Positions 55,385 through 64,000 of a stretch of 64,000 nucleotides of DNA are shown here, in pieces. Location: positions 51,478-115,477 of the IMG/VR virus record IMGVR_UViG_3300006931_000002; one strand, 5' to 3'. Both the position numbers and the translations under genes were made by a program. This DNA is from a virus. Within the stretch, counting starts at the first letter, position 1. Every line of letters begins with the position of its first letter. The notes below the pieces were generated by a model. It searched no databases. It was not told where the DNA came from and saw only the letters and a program-made list of their open reading frames with translations.

Positions 55385-56372
55385 GTGGCCGATGGTATCT
55401 GCGTCAACGACGGCTGTGAACTGCCTCGTTACGTGAAGGAGCGATGCAAGAAGCACTACCGGGCGTGGCACCGCAAGTACGGCACCCCGAGGGTGCATGT
55501 CGAGCGGCCTACGGTCTGCACCGTGGAGGGCTGCGACCAGCCTGTCACAGCCCGCGATCTGTGCCCGATGCACTACCAGCGTTGGCGGACGAAGGGCGAC
55601 CCCGGCCCGGCCGACCCGCACCGGATCCGTGGCCCACGCGTCAAGCTCTGCTCGGTAGAGGGCTGCGGCGAAATGGTGAAGGCGCGTGGCTGGTGCAGCA
55701 TGCACTACGCGCGAGTCATCCGCCATGGAGAACCCGGCGGCCCCGACATCCAGCGCCTCCCCCTCGATGCCGAGCGGGCACCCTGCAAGATCGATGGCTG
55801 CGAGAAGCCTGCAAGCCGTCAGGGTAAGGGCTGGTGTTGGACCCACTACGGGCGCTACAGGACGGCAGGTGATCCCGGCCCAGCCGAGATCGGCTCCTAC
55901 CGGTCGCGGACTGGTGAGTGCGAGATCGGCGGCTGCGGCAGGCCGATCCAGTCCGACCGGCTTTGCCAGATGCACTACCCGCAGGTTGCAGGGCAAGGAC
56001 GTGACAGCACCAGTTCGTCGGGCTCGCGGCGACGGTCACATCACTCGCGATGGCTACCGGACCATCACTGTCGACGGCAAGCAGATGCTAGAACACCGGG
56101 CCGTGATGGAACAGTTGATCGGTCGCCCGTTGGCTCCCGGCGAGAAGGTCCATCACATCAACGGGAACAAGATCGACAATTCGCCGGCGAATCTTCAGCT
56201 TTGGTTCAAGGGTCAACCAGCCGGTCAGCGGGTCTCTGACCTGATCGCCTACATCGCCGAGTTCCACGCCGACGCGGTCCGAGCTGAGATCCGCCGGCAG
56301 GAACGCGAGCGTCGTACCGGCCAGCTTCGTCTCGAAGGCATGCCTGCCGCGCATGTGTCCGAAGTTTCCTAG
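55385..56372 (+). CDS. HNH endonuclease with five C3H zinc-finger-like repeats; +1 frameshift at CCC 55978-55980
   Basis: LCQMHY continues as RRLQGK..EHRAVME..VHHINGNKIDNSPANL if one C is removed. Confidence 0.8.
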
Positions 56373-56409
56373 CCGCATGAGCTGAGACGCACGGAGGTGA
56401 TGAGCCTCC

Positions 56410-58032
56410 GTGCCGACCTATCCGATCGCACCCACGCTGCCCGCGCACGACCAGGCCGCCTGGGACACCACGCTCAACACTGCCCTGACGACGATCGTCG
56501 ACCGGGTCAACACCCACGCCGACCAGCACGCCACAGGCGGCGGCGACGCCATCACCCCGGCGAACATCGGCGCAGTAGCCACCCAGACCACCGCGGCTTC
56601 CACATCGGCTGTGGTGCTCGCCGTCAAACAGGCCGCGGACCTTCTCGCCCGGGTGGGTCTGCTCGCGGACGGCACGATCGTGTCCGGCGACGCTCCGCTG
56701 ACGATTTCCAACGTGACCGGGACGTCGACGGTCACGGTCACGACCAGCACGAACCATGGCTATGGCACGGGCGACGTGGTCACGATCTCCGGGGTTGGCG
56801 GGATTACCGGCGTCAACGGCGTCAAAACGATCACGAAGGTTGCTCCCACCCAGTTCACGTTGAACAGCACGACCGGCGCAGGGTCCTACACCTCCGGTGG
56901 CACCGTTCAACGCAACCTCGGCGGTACCGGGTCCACCAACGAAGGTGTCTGGAATCTTCTCCTGCCCGACACGTCCCGTGACGGGCTTGTCGTACGTGGC
57001 CGGGAATCGTCGACGAAAAACCTGATCCTCGCCCGCGACTATGCCGGCGCCCCGATCTTCGGTGTCGGCCAGGTCGGCGGAGCGACCATGTATTCGGGGC
57101 TTGCCTCCGATGCGATCGGCACCGCGCCGACAGTCACCACCCGGGCATCTGTCATCACCGCCGGCGGCGGTATCCGGGGTGCGGCCGGTGACCCTGCCGG
57201 CGGCGTGGACGTGCTCGCGCTCGGTAACTCGTCGACCCCGCCGACCGGTAACCCGGACGGGTCGCACCAGGCGGAAGGGTCGTTCGCGACTTCTGAGGGC
57301 ACGGTCACCTGGTCGCGGAACGGACGGCTGCGCAGTCGCAGCGCCGCAGGCCATGAGGATGAGCTGGCCGCCCCGGTCGAGCGGCGCACCCAAACAGTGG
57401 CCGCACCGGGCGGCGACACGGCCCTCACGTACACGGGCACGCTGCCGCCGTCGGTAGCCGTCGTCAACATCACCGCCACGTCGGACGATCAGGCCGAGGG
57501 GCCTTTGGTCCGCTACACGACCACCGCGGCCACCAACGTGGATGCGGGGCTGCTCTCGCCGTTCGGTGTGGTACAGCCACGGTGGGCGCCTTACCTTGTC
57601 GCGCGGATCAGAACAGACCCGTCGGCGATTACCAGCACGCGGATCGGCGTGGGGCTGGTCTCCGCTGACATTGCCTCCAACATGGGGCCGTCGGTTTCCG
57701 GTGCCTACACGACTGCGGCCGGGGCGTTTGTCCGCTACTCGTCGGCGGCGGATGGTACAGCCGCCTGGCGTACGGTGACCGGCGACGGGTCGAACGCCAC
57801 GGTGAATACGGCGTCGGTGTCGATTGCGTCGGATACGTCCTATCTGATCGCCATCGAGGTCAACGCGGCGAACACCGCCATCCGCTTTTGGATCAACGGC
57901 ACTCTGGTGGCCACCCATACCACCAATCTTCCGCCCGGGTCGACCGCGTTGGGCTACACAGCCCGGCTGCGAACCTTGTCGTCATCGGCGCGGGCGATCC
58001 GCATCGGCCGAATGGTGGTGACGTCCCTGTGA
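56410..58032 (+). CDS. Fibre/minor virion protein
   Basis: HADQHATGGGDAITPANIGA; TTSTNHGYGTGDVVTISGV (FCCH-like); lectin-like C-terminus. Confidence 0.8.
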   Translation: MPTYPIAPTLPAHDQAAWDTTLNTALTTIVDRVNTHADQHATGGGDAITPANIGAVATQTTAASTSAVVLAVKQAADLLARVGLLADGTIVSGDAPLTISNVTGTSTVTVTTSTNHGYGTGDVVTISGVGGITGVNGVKTITKVAPTQFTLNSTTGAGSYTSGGTVQRNLGGTGSTNEGVWNLLLPDTSRDGLVVRGRESSTKNLILARDYAGAPIFGVGQVGGATMYSGLASDAIGTAPTVTTRASVITAGGGIRGAAGDPAGGVDVLALGNSSTPPTGNPDGSHQAEGSFATSEGTVTWSRNGRLRSRSAAGHEDELAAPVERRTQTVAAPGGDTALTYTGTLPPSVAVVNITATSDDQAEGPLVRYTTTAATNVDAGLLSPFGVVQPRWAPYLVARIRTDPSAITSTRIGVGLVSADIASNMGPSVSGAYTTAAGAFVRYSSAADGTAAWRTVTGDGSNATVNTASVSIASDTSYLIAIEVNAANTAIRFWINGTLVATHTTNLPPGSTALGYTARLRTLSSSARAIRIGRMVVTSL

Positions 58033-60173
58033 GCGGCACCGCACCTTTCTTCCCTCCCTCCAGCCTGGTCGTCAACGTCAAGGATTTCGGCGCTAAGGGC
58101 GATGGGACCACCGACGACACCAACTCGATTGCCGCTGCGGTTACCGCTGTCACTCCGGCGTCGGTGACCGCACTGTCGGGGACGGTGTTTTTCCCGGCGG
58201 GCACGTATGTGACCGGGCAGATCAACCTGCCGGAACGGGTGACGTTGGAGGGTGTCGGGCTCGCCACCCAGTTGACGTTGCGGGCGTCGGCGACCACCCT
58301 CGAAAACCTCATCATGAACGTTCAGAACTATTCGGGTGTCAACGACGCTCAGGCTTGTGGTGTTCACAAGATGCGCCTTGAAGGCAATAAGGGCTCCGTT
58401 TCTGGCAGTAACTGGAACTGCGGCATCGTGTTTCAGAACTCGACACCGTCGGGTTCCTACGAGTATACCGACTCCCGGCATCAGGTCAGCAATGTCCTGA
58501 TTCAGAACTTCTCCGGTGACGGCTTCGTCCAGACGGGCCGCGGTGTTGTTCAGGGGACCAACATCCAGGTGTGGACCTGCAACGGGTTCGGCTTCAACCT
58601 GTCGATCGACAGCATGTACACCAACTGCGATGCGGGCGGCAACGGGCTGGACGGGTTCCTGGTCCAGGGCAACAACATGCTGTCCAACTGTAAGGCCTGG
58701 TATTCGGGCTACAGCCTGATGACGAACCGTTTCGGGTCGAGTACGGCGGTGAGTGTTTCCGCTCCCGCCAACTCGTGGGACGGCGGCAACATCACCGGCG
58801 GTCTGACCTACAGCCTGGCCAACGGCTTCGGCAACGGCTTCCTGTACTACAACATCGGCGGCTCCAGCGCGGCCGGGAACTTCAATGGTGGGGAATCGGT
58901 CGGCTGCTGCGCCCAGGACAACGCCCGCGCCGGTTTCTACATCCGCGGCGGACGGCAGACGCTGGTCGGCATCGAAGCGGACAGCAACGGCCACAACGGC
59001 ACCTCCGACGGGACCTCGACCGGCACGCCGGTCGGCTCCTTCGCGGGTGTGGATCTGGGGACGTCGAGCAACTGCACGGTCAGCGGTCTGACGTGGGACC
59101 GGGCGGCGAACCTTAACCATCAGGCTGCCGGGCTGAACATCGCTTCGGGTGCGGCCGGGAACCGCGTCGAGCTGATCTTCTATGGCAAGTTGAACGACAA
59201 CTCGACCAACATGCCGCCCTTGCAGGCGTCCAGCGTCATCGGCACGAACAATGTGAAACTCGGCGTGATGGGCGGCGGCTTTTCCACCCCATCGTATTCG
59301 TCGAGCTGGACACCGGACCCGTTCCTGGCCGAGTCGCACACCATGACCCTGACCGGGAACACGACGGTCAACAACCCTGCGCTGACCGGCACGAACACGG
59401 GTACCGGTATCTATCTGACCGTCGGCATGCGGCTGTCGCTCACGTTCACGCAGGACGCGACCGGCGGGCGGACCGTCACCCTGGGGAATGCGTTCAAGAC
59501 CAACGGGTTTGCGTTCTCCGTCGCAGCATCAACGACCAGTACGATCACGTTTGCCTACGATGGCACGAACTGGCAGGCCATTTCGGGGGCGAACGGCGAC
59601 TATGCGGGGATCACGTCGAGCCGGGCGGCCCGTGTCGAATCAGGCTCGTTCCTGGTGACTGCGATCGGCGGTACGTCGACGAGCACGTCGTGGACGTTGG
59701 GTCAGGTCTACTATGCGCCGCTTGATGTGGCCGTGTCGCAGACGTTCACCGGCTTGGCGACGGATATCACCGTTGTCGGCTCGGGTGGTACAAGTCCGCT
59801 GATCCACCTTGGCCTGTTCGCGGATGATGGTACGGGTGCGCGGCCGACAGGCTCTGTGCTGACCAACACCGAGGTCACGTTCGACCCGACCAGCGGTACC
59901 GGTGACCGGTATGTGGCCTGGGGTGCCGCGCAGACGTTCGGCACGGGCCGGCTGTGGATCGCGTTCATGCTGACGTCCGGCTCGGCGATGGGCTCGACAC
60001 CTACGGTGGTCACGTTGGCTCCGACGCAGGTCATCGGACTGGCCAGCCTCGGTAACAACTCCCACAGGGGCTGGTGCATGTCTGGGTCCAGCAATGCGTC
60101 GACGCTGCCGACCGTGTCGTCCCTGTTCAGGAATGGCGGCCTGTGGCCGATCATGGGCATGAAGGCTCAGTAG
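58029..60173 (+). CDS. Pectate-lyase-3/GH28-like beta-helix spike (putative depolymerase)
   Basis: VNVKDFGAKGDGTTDDT..VFFPAGTY..LEGVG; Asn/Gly beta-helix repeats; TQDATGGRT. Confidence 0.88.
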   Translation: MSGTAPFFPPSSLVVNVKDFGAKGDGTTDDTNSIAAAVTAVTPASVTALSGTVFFPAGTYVTGQINLPERVTLEGVGLATQLTLRASATTLENLIMNVQNYSGVNDAQACGVHKMRLEGNKGSVSGSNWNCGIVFQNSTPSGSYEYTDSRHQVSNVLIQNFSGDGFVQTGRGVVQGTNIQVWTCNGFGFNLSIDSMYTNCDAGGNGLDGFLVQGNNMLSNCKAWYSGYSLMTNRFGSSTAVSVSAPANSWDGGNITGGLTYSLANGFGNGFLYYNIGGSSAAGNFNGGESVGCCAQDNARAGFYIRGGRQTLVGIEADSNGHNGTSDGTSTGTPVGSFAGVDLGTSSNCTVSGLTWDRAANLNHQAAGLNIASGAAGNRVELIFYGKLNDNSTNMPPLQASSVIGTNNVKLGVMGGGFSTPSYSSSWTPDPFLAESHTMTLTGNTTVNNPALTGTNTGTGIYLTVGMRLSLTFTQDATGGRTVTLGNAFKTNGFAFSVAASTTSTITFAYDGTNWQAISGANGDYAGITSSRAARVESGSFLVTAIGGTSTSTSWTLGQVYYAPLDVAVSQTFTGLATDITVVGSGGTSPLIHLGLFADDGTGARPTGSVLTNTEVTFDPTSGTGDRYVAWGAAQTFGTGRLWIAFMLTSGSAMGSTPTVVTLAPTQVIGLASLGNNSHRGWCMSGSSNASTLPTVSSLFRNGGLWPIMGMKAQ

Positions 60174-60209
60174 TTTTCCCGGTCGGGTTGGCGGTAACGA
60201 CGGGTAGGG

Positions 60210-62798
60210 GTGGCGATGTCCACCTACTACACCGAGACGTTTCCGTCGGCGAGCCCGGCGTTTGGCGGCGACCAGGCGTGGACGGAGATCACCGGCGACT
60301 GGGTGAACGCGGGTTCCAATACGGCCACGGTTACGTTGGGCTCGGCGGTTGCCTACGCCCGCTGTGATAACACGTCGGTGCCGTCCGCGGACATGGCGGT
60401 CACGGTCACGGTCAACGCCGCCCCGTCGGGCCGGTCGGCCGGCGTCGCGGCCCGTATGTCCAATTCGGGCACACTGCTGGCCTCGCAGTCGTTCTACGCG
60501 GCCGATGTTCATTTCGACACGGGCACCATGTATGTGTTGAAATGCGTGTCCGGCACGGTCAGCGTGTTGACGTCGGTCGCGTTCACCGCACCGTCGTTTC
60601 CCTGCACGATCACCCTGTCGGTGTATGGCACCGCCCTTGAGGTTGATCTGAACGGGTCGGCGATCTGGTCCGGCACGGACTCGTCGATCAGCGGTGGCAA
60701 CCGGGCCGGGCTGGACACCTACAACTCGTCCGGCGACGTTGTCTTCTCAGCCTTCACCGTCGCCACCGCGGTGCAAGCCCTCGTGTCCGTGCCCAGCACG
60801 GATAGTGGCAGCGCATCCGAGACTGCTGCTGTCACCCTGCTCAACGCGGACAGCGCGTCGGCCGCCGAAACAGCGTCGATCACTATCACCATCACCTCGT
60901 CGGATGCGGCGCAGCTCGCCGACGGCAATGGCGGCTACGGATCCGGGCTGTACGGCGAGGGCGGCTACGGGGCCGGCGGTACTGGTACACCCACGTCGAT
61001 CGGTGTCATCCCCGCCTCGGCGGATACGGCGACGGCAGCCGAGTTGGCTGCTGTTACAACGGCGCTGGCATCCGCAGACGCCGGCTCTGTGGCCGATGTG
61101 GGCACAGTCGCCGCGTCGGTGGCGAGTACCGACAGTGCGGTCGCCGCGTCGTCGCCCGAGTCGCTGGCCGCCTCGGTGGCTGACACGGACACAGCCAGCT
61201 TGGCGGACAGTGCAGCCCCGGCGGTCGGCCTGGCGTCGGTTTCCGATGGGGCGACGTTCGACGAGGCCAGCCCGACCATAACCCTGACCGGTCCCACCGA
61301 TGGGGCGGCAGGGCTCGACACCGGCCAGGTTGCCGCATCGCTGGCCTCTGTTGACGGCGCCAGCGCGGCCGACACGGGAAGCATCCCCGTCGTCGGCCCG
61401 ACCTCGACGGACACGGCGGCAGCTAACGACACGGCGGCCGTCACAGCCACGCTGGGCGATTCGGACAGCGGCACCGCAGCCGACCTGGTCGCGGTCACCG
61501 CCACGGCCACGGACGCGGATGGTGCGACCCTTTCCGAGGCGGCCGCCACGGCGGTTGTCAAAGCCGACAGTGACACGGCGATCGCAACGGATGGACTGGT
61601 CTCTCTCACTGCGACGGTTGCCGACGTTGACCTGGTCGCTGCGACCGGTTCCGGGGATGGCTACGGCTCCGGTGGCTACGGCGGCGGCGGGTACGGCGGC
61701 AGCGTTCCGACGATCTCGCTGAGCCGCGCGGACAGCGCCACAGCGGTTGACGCGGCGACGCTCACCCCGTCGGTGACCAGCTCGGATGCGGCCAGCCTCT
61801 CCGAGGCCACACCGACGGTCGCCGTGGCCAGTGCGGACGCTGGCGCCGTCGCCGAGAGCAGTGCGCTCACCTACCTGCTTACCGGTGCCGACAGCATCAC
61901 CGCCGCAGATTCGACGGTGCTCGCTCCATCAGTGTCCGGGTCGGACGGTGTGGTTGCCGCCGAGCTGGTGGTGTCCCTAACCGCCACGGTGGCCGGTACG
62001 GACGGGGCGACCGCCGGCGAGACGGCCTCGGTAGCGGCGACGCTGGCGGCTTCGGATGCTGCTGGTGGCACCGAAACGGCGCTCATCCAACTGTCCGACA
62101 CCGACAGCATGTCCCTGGCCGAGGCGACATCGGGTATCACCGTCTACGCCTCGGATCTACACGTGGCGATCGACAGCCTGGGCAGTCTCACCGCGATTGT
62201 GTCCGATGTCGACACGGTCGCGGTGGCGATGAGCGGCGACAACGACCTGCCGGCCGCTATCCGGGTCGCCGCTGCAACGCCGGACGGGGTCGGGCTCGCC
62301 GAGGCTGTCACGTCAATGTCCGCGACGGTCACGGCCGCCGAACTGGCCTCCGTGGTCGAGCAGATGCCGGCTGTTGGTCTGACCGGTGCGGATACGGCGA
62401 ACGCGGCGGATACCGCCGGGCTTGCTGTTGCCGCGCAGGGTGCGGATGGTGCGTCCGCGGTCGAGGCTGTCGCATCCATGTCGGCGGCCGTCGCCGGTTC
62501 GGAACTCGGCCGGGCCGAAGACCTCGCCCACATCGACGCCACGGTCAACGGCGGAACAGACGCTGCCACGTTCGATGACACGGACGCGCTCGCCCGGGTA
62601 ATCACGGCGATCCTCACCGGTTTGGACGAGGCCGCCGAACCCTCCGATGCGACTGGCTACGGCGACCCCGGCTATGGCGGCGGCCAGTACGGCGGATCAC
62701 CCGGCGGTGTCGTCATCGCCGGCACGCCAAGCCCGGCGGTGATCGTGTCCGGCGGCGACGAGCCCGCGCTAGTCCTGTCCGGCACGCCGACGATCTGA
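60210..62798 (+). CDS. Ala/Thr/Asp-repeat virion protein with N-terminal lectin-like domain
   Basis: Many ~17-19 aa Dx(A/G)xxx(D/E) repeats; three GYG clusters. Confidence 0.8.
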   Translation: MAMSTYYTETFPSASPAFGGDQAWTEITGDWVNAGSNTATVTLGSAVAYARCDNTSVPSADMAVTVTVNAAPSGRSAGVAARMSNSGTLLASQSFYAADVHFDTGTMYVLKCVSGTVSVLTSVAFTAPSFPCTITLSVYGTALEVDLNGSAIWSGTDSSISGGNRAGLDTYNSSGDVVFSAFTVATAVQALVSVPSTDSGSASETAAVTLLNADSASAAETASITITITSSDAAQLADGNGGYGSGLYGEGGYGAGGTGTPTSIGVIPASADTATAAELAAVTTALASADAGSVADVGTVAASVASTDSAVAASSPESLAASVADTDTASLADSAAPAVGLASVSDGATFDEASPTITLTGPTDGAAGLDTGQVAASLASVDGASAADTGSIPVVGPTSTDTAAANDTAAVTATLGDSDSGTAADLVAVTATATDADGATLSEAAATAVVKADSDTAIATDGLVSLTATVADVDLVAATGSGDGYGSGGYGGGGYGGSVPTISLSRADSATAVDAATLTPSVTSSDAASLSEATPTVAVASADAGAVAESSALTYLLTGADSITAADSTVLAPSVSGSDGVVAAELVVSLTATVAGTDGATAGETASVAATLAASDAAGGTETALIQLSDTDSMSLAEATSGITVYASDLHVAIDSLGSLTAIVSDVDTVAVAMSGDNDLPAAIRVAAATPDGVGLAEAVTSMSATVTAAELASVVEQMPAVGLTGADTANAADTAGLAVAAQGADGASAVEAVASMSAAVAGSELGRAEDLAHIDATVNGGTDAATFDDTDALARVITAILTGLDEAAEPSDATGYGDPGYGGGQYGGSPGGVVIAGTPSPAVIVSGGDEPALVLSGTPTI

Positions 62799-62811
62799 GC
62801 CGCATAGGGGG

Positions 62812-63978
62812 ATGCCGATGTCGACGACCCCCTATGCGGCCGGTCAGGCGGTGCGGCTGCCCGCGAAGTTCACCGATCCGGTCACCGGTCTGGGTGTCGA
62901 TCCGGAAACGCTCGATCTGACGATCGACCTGCCGGACGGTACGTCGGTCGTACACCATCTCGCCGATCTGACGCGTCTCGCCCAGGGCTCCTACGAGTAC
63001 GTCTACACGCCGACATCTCCGGGCCACTACGGCTACGAGTACAAGTCGACGGCGCCCAACGGCGGCCTGCCCGGCCAGTTCGACGTGCTGCCCGACCGGG
63101 TGTTCACCGATGCTGGGCAGACCTATGGCTGGCCGACGGCCTACATCACTGTCGCGGAGTTCCGCGCGATGCCCACAGGGGCGAACGTCGACGATCTGAT
63201 CAACAACGGGTCGCGGGCTGCGAACGACGCCGAGTTGGCGAACATCCTGTTGCGCGCCTCCCAGTGGGCCGACTCGTACTGCACGATCCCACTAGGTGCC
63301 CACCTGGTGCTGTCCGAACACCAGACAGTCCAAGTCCAGCGGGACAGCACGGTAGTCATCTCCCCGCGGCAAACGTCCGGTGGGATACCTCCGGTGTCCT
63401 GTTCGCGGCTGGCCTACGGCACCCCCGGCAACCTGTCTTCGACGATCATCCCCACGGCGCAGTGGGTTGAGGACGGAGCTTTCTCGATCCCCCTGGGTGG
63501 CGGCGGAACGTCGTCATGGTCGGGGTCGTTGCAGTTCGGCGGTCAATCTGCCGGCAGGGTCGCGGTCGAATACGACTACATCGCCGGCTTCCCCCAGACC
63601 ACCCTGACCGCCCAGGCGACCAGCGGGGCGACCTCGCTGACCGTGGCCGACCGGACCGGCATCCAACCCGGGCAGACGCTGCGCATCCACGACCCCGGCC
63701 TGGAAGAGACGGTCACCGTCTCTCCCGCCTGGACCGCGGCGACGGGGCCGGGAACGGTCACCGTCTCAGCCACCGTTGCGGCCCACGCCTCTGGTGCGGG
63801 GGTCGGATCGATGCCCGAAGACATCAAAACCGCGGTCGGCCAGATGACGGTTGTGCTGATCCGCCGCTCGTCGGACACCGGCTCACCGTCAGTCGACCAG
63901 TCCGTGGGCACCGACATGGCCGTCTTCCAACAGTCCGCGCGGACCATCCTCGACCGGTACCGCCGGGTCGCGATCTGA
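62812..63978 (+). CDS. Head-to-tail adaptor with N-terminal Ig-like domain
   Basis: AYITVAEFR..LLRASQWADSYC..YIAGF..PEDIKTAV..ARTILDRYRRV. Confidence 0.8.
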   Translation: MPMSTTPYAAGQAVRLPAKFTDPVTGLGVDPETLDLTIDLPDGTSVVHHLADLTRLAQGSYEYVYTPTSPGHYGYEYKSTAPNGGLPGQFDVLPDRVFTDAGQTYGWPTAYITVAEFRAMPTGANVDDLINNGSRAANDAELANILLRASQWADSYCTIPLGAHLVLSEHQTVQVQRDSTVVISPRQTSGGIPPVSCSRLAYGTPGNLSSTIIPTAQWVEDGAFSIPLGGGGTSSWSGSLQFGGQSAGRVAVEYDYIAGFPQTTLTAQATSGATSLTVADRTGIQPGQTLRIHDPGLEETVTVSPAWTAATGPGTVTVSATVAAHASGAGVGSMPEDIKTAVGQMTVVLIRRSSDTGSPSVDQSVGTDMAVFQQSARTILDRYRRVAI

Positions 63979-64000
63979 CCTGCCCAGCATTCCGGAGGCG

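Larger units (their letters stand above)
1..64000. mobile_element. Temperate actinophage/prophage segment; both ends lie outside the window
   Basis: Integrase, repressor switch, SSAP, WhiB, terminase, portal, capsid in phage order; dense ATGA/GTGA-coupled small ORFs; no host core genes. Confidence 0.95.

Overview
High-GC segment of a temperate actinobacterial phage or prophage; WhiB, Lsr2, DUF6221-like genes and actinobacterial LexA boxes point to an Actinomycetota host. No host housekeeping genes, rRNA or CRISPR array are visible. Layout from left to right: (1) an early/accessory block with ParB-like, DUF6011, lipoprotein, AlpA-like, Rep-like HTH and GntR/KorSA-like genes; (2) a phiRv1-type large serine integrase with a candidate RDF; (3) a repressor/Cro-like switch; (4) a ~23 kb early region (Rad52/Sak annealase, methyltransferase, VRR-NUC, WhiB, RNA ligase, nucleotidyltransferase, Cre-like recombinase + EndoVII + a degenerate tyrosine recombinase, Lsr2); (5) a tRNA-like element; (6) terminase, portal, split MuF, protease/scaffold, capsid, fibre/depolymerase genes and a head-tail adaptor. 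Tail-tube, tape-measure and lysis genes are not in the window. Most notable: endonuclease cassettes in the late operon carrying their own LexA-box + TAGAAT promoters; the same tandem C3H zinc-finger array fused to two different nucleases; a recurring two-hairpin leader that masks the RBS; a MuF gene split by an antisense tandem-HNH gene; and an intact tyrosine recombinase with three altered catalytic positions. Four single-base frameshifts at G/C homopolymers suggest assembly indel errors. All family calls are motif recognition by eye; no searches were run.
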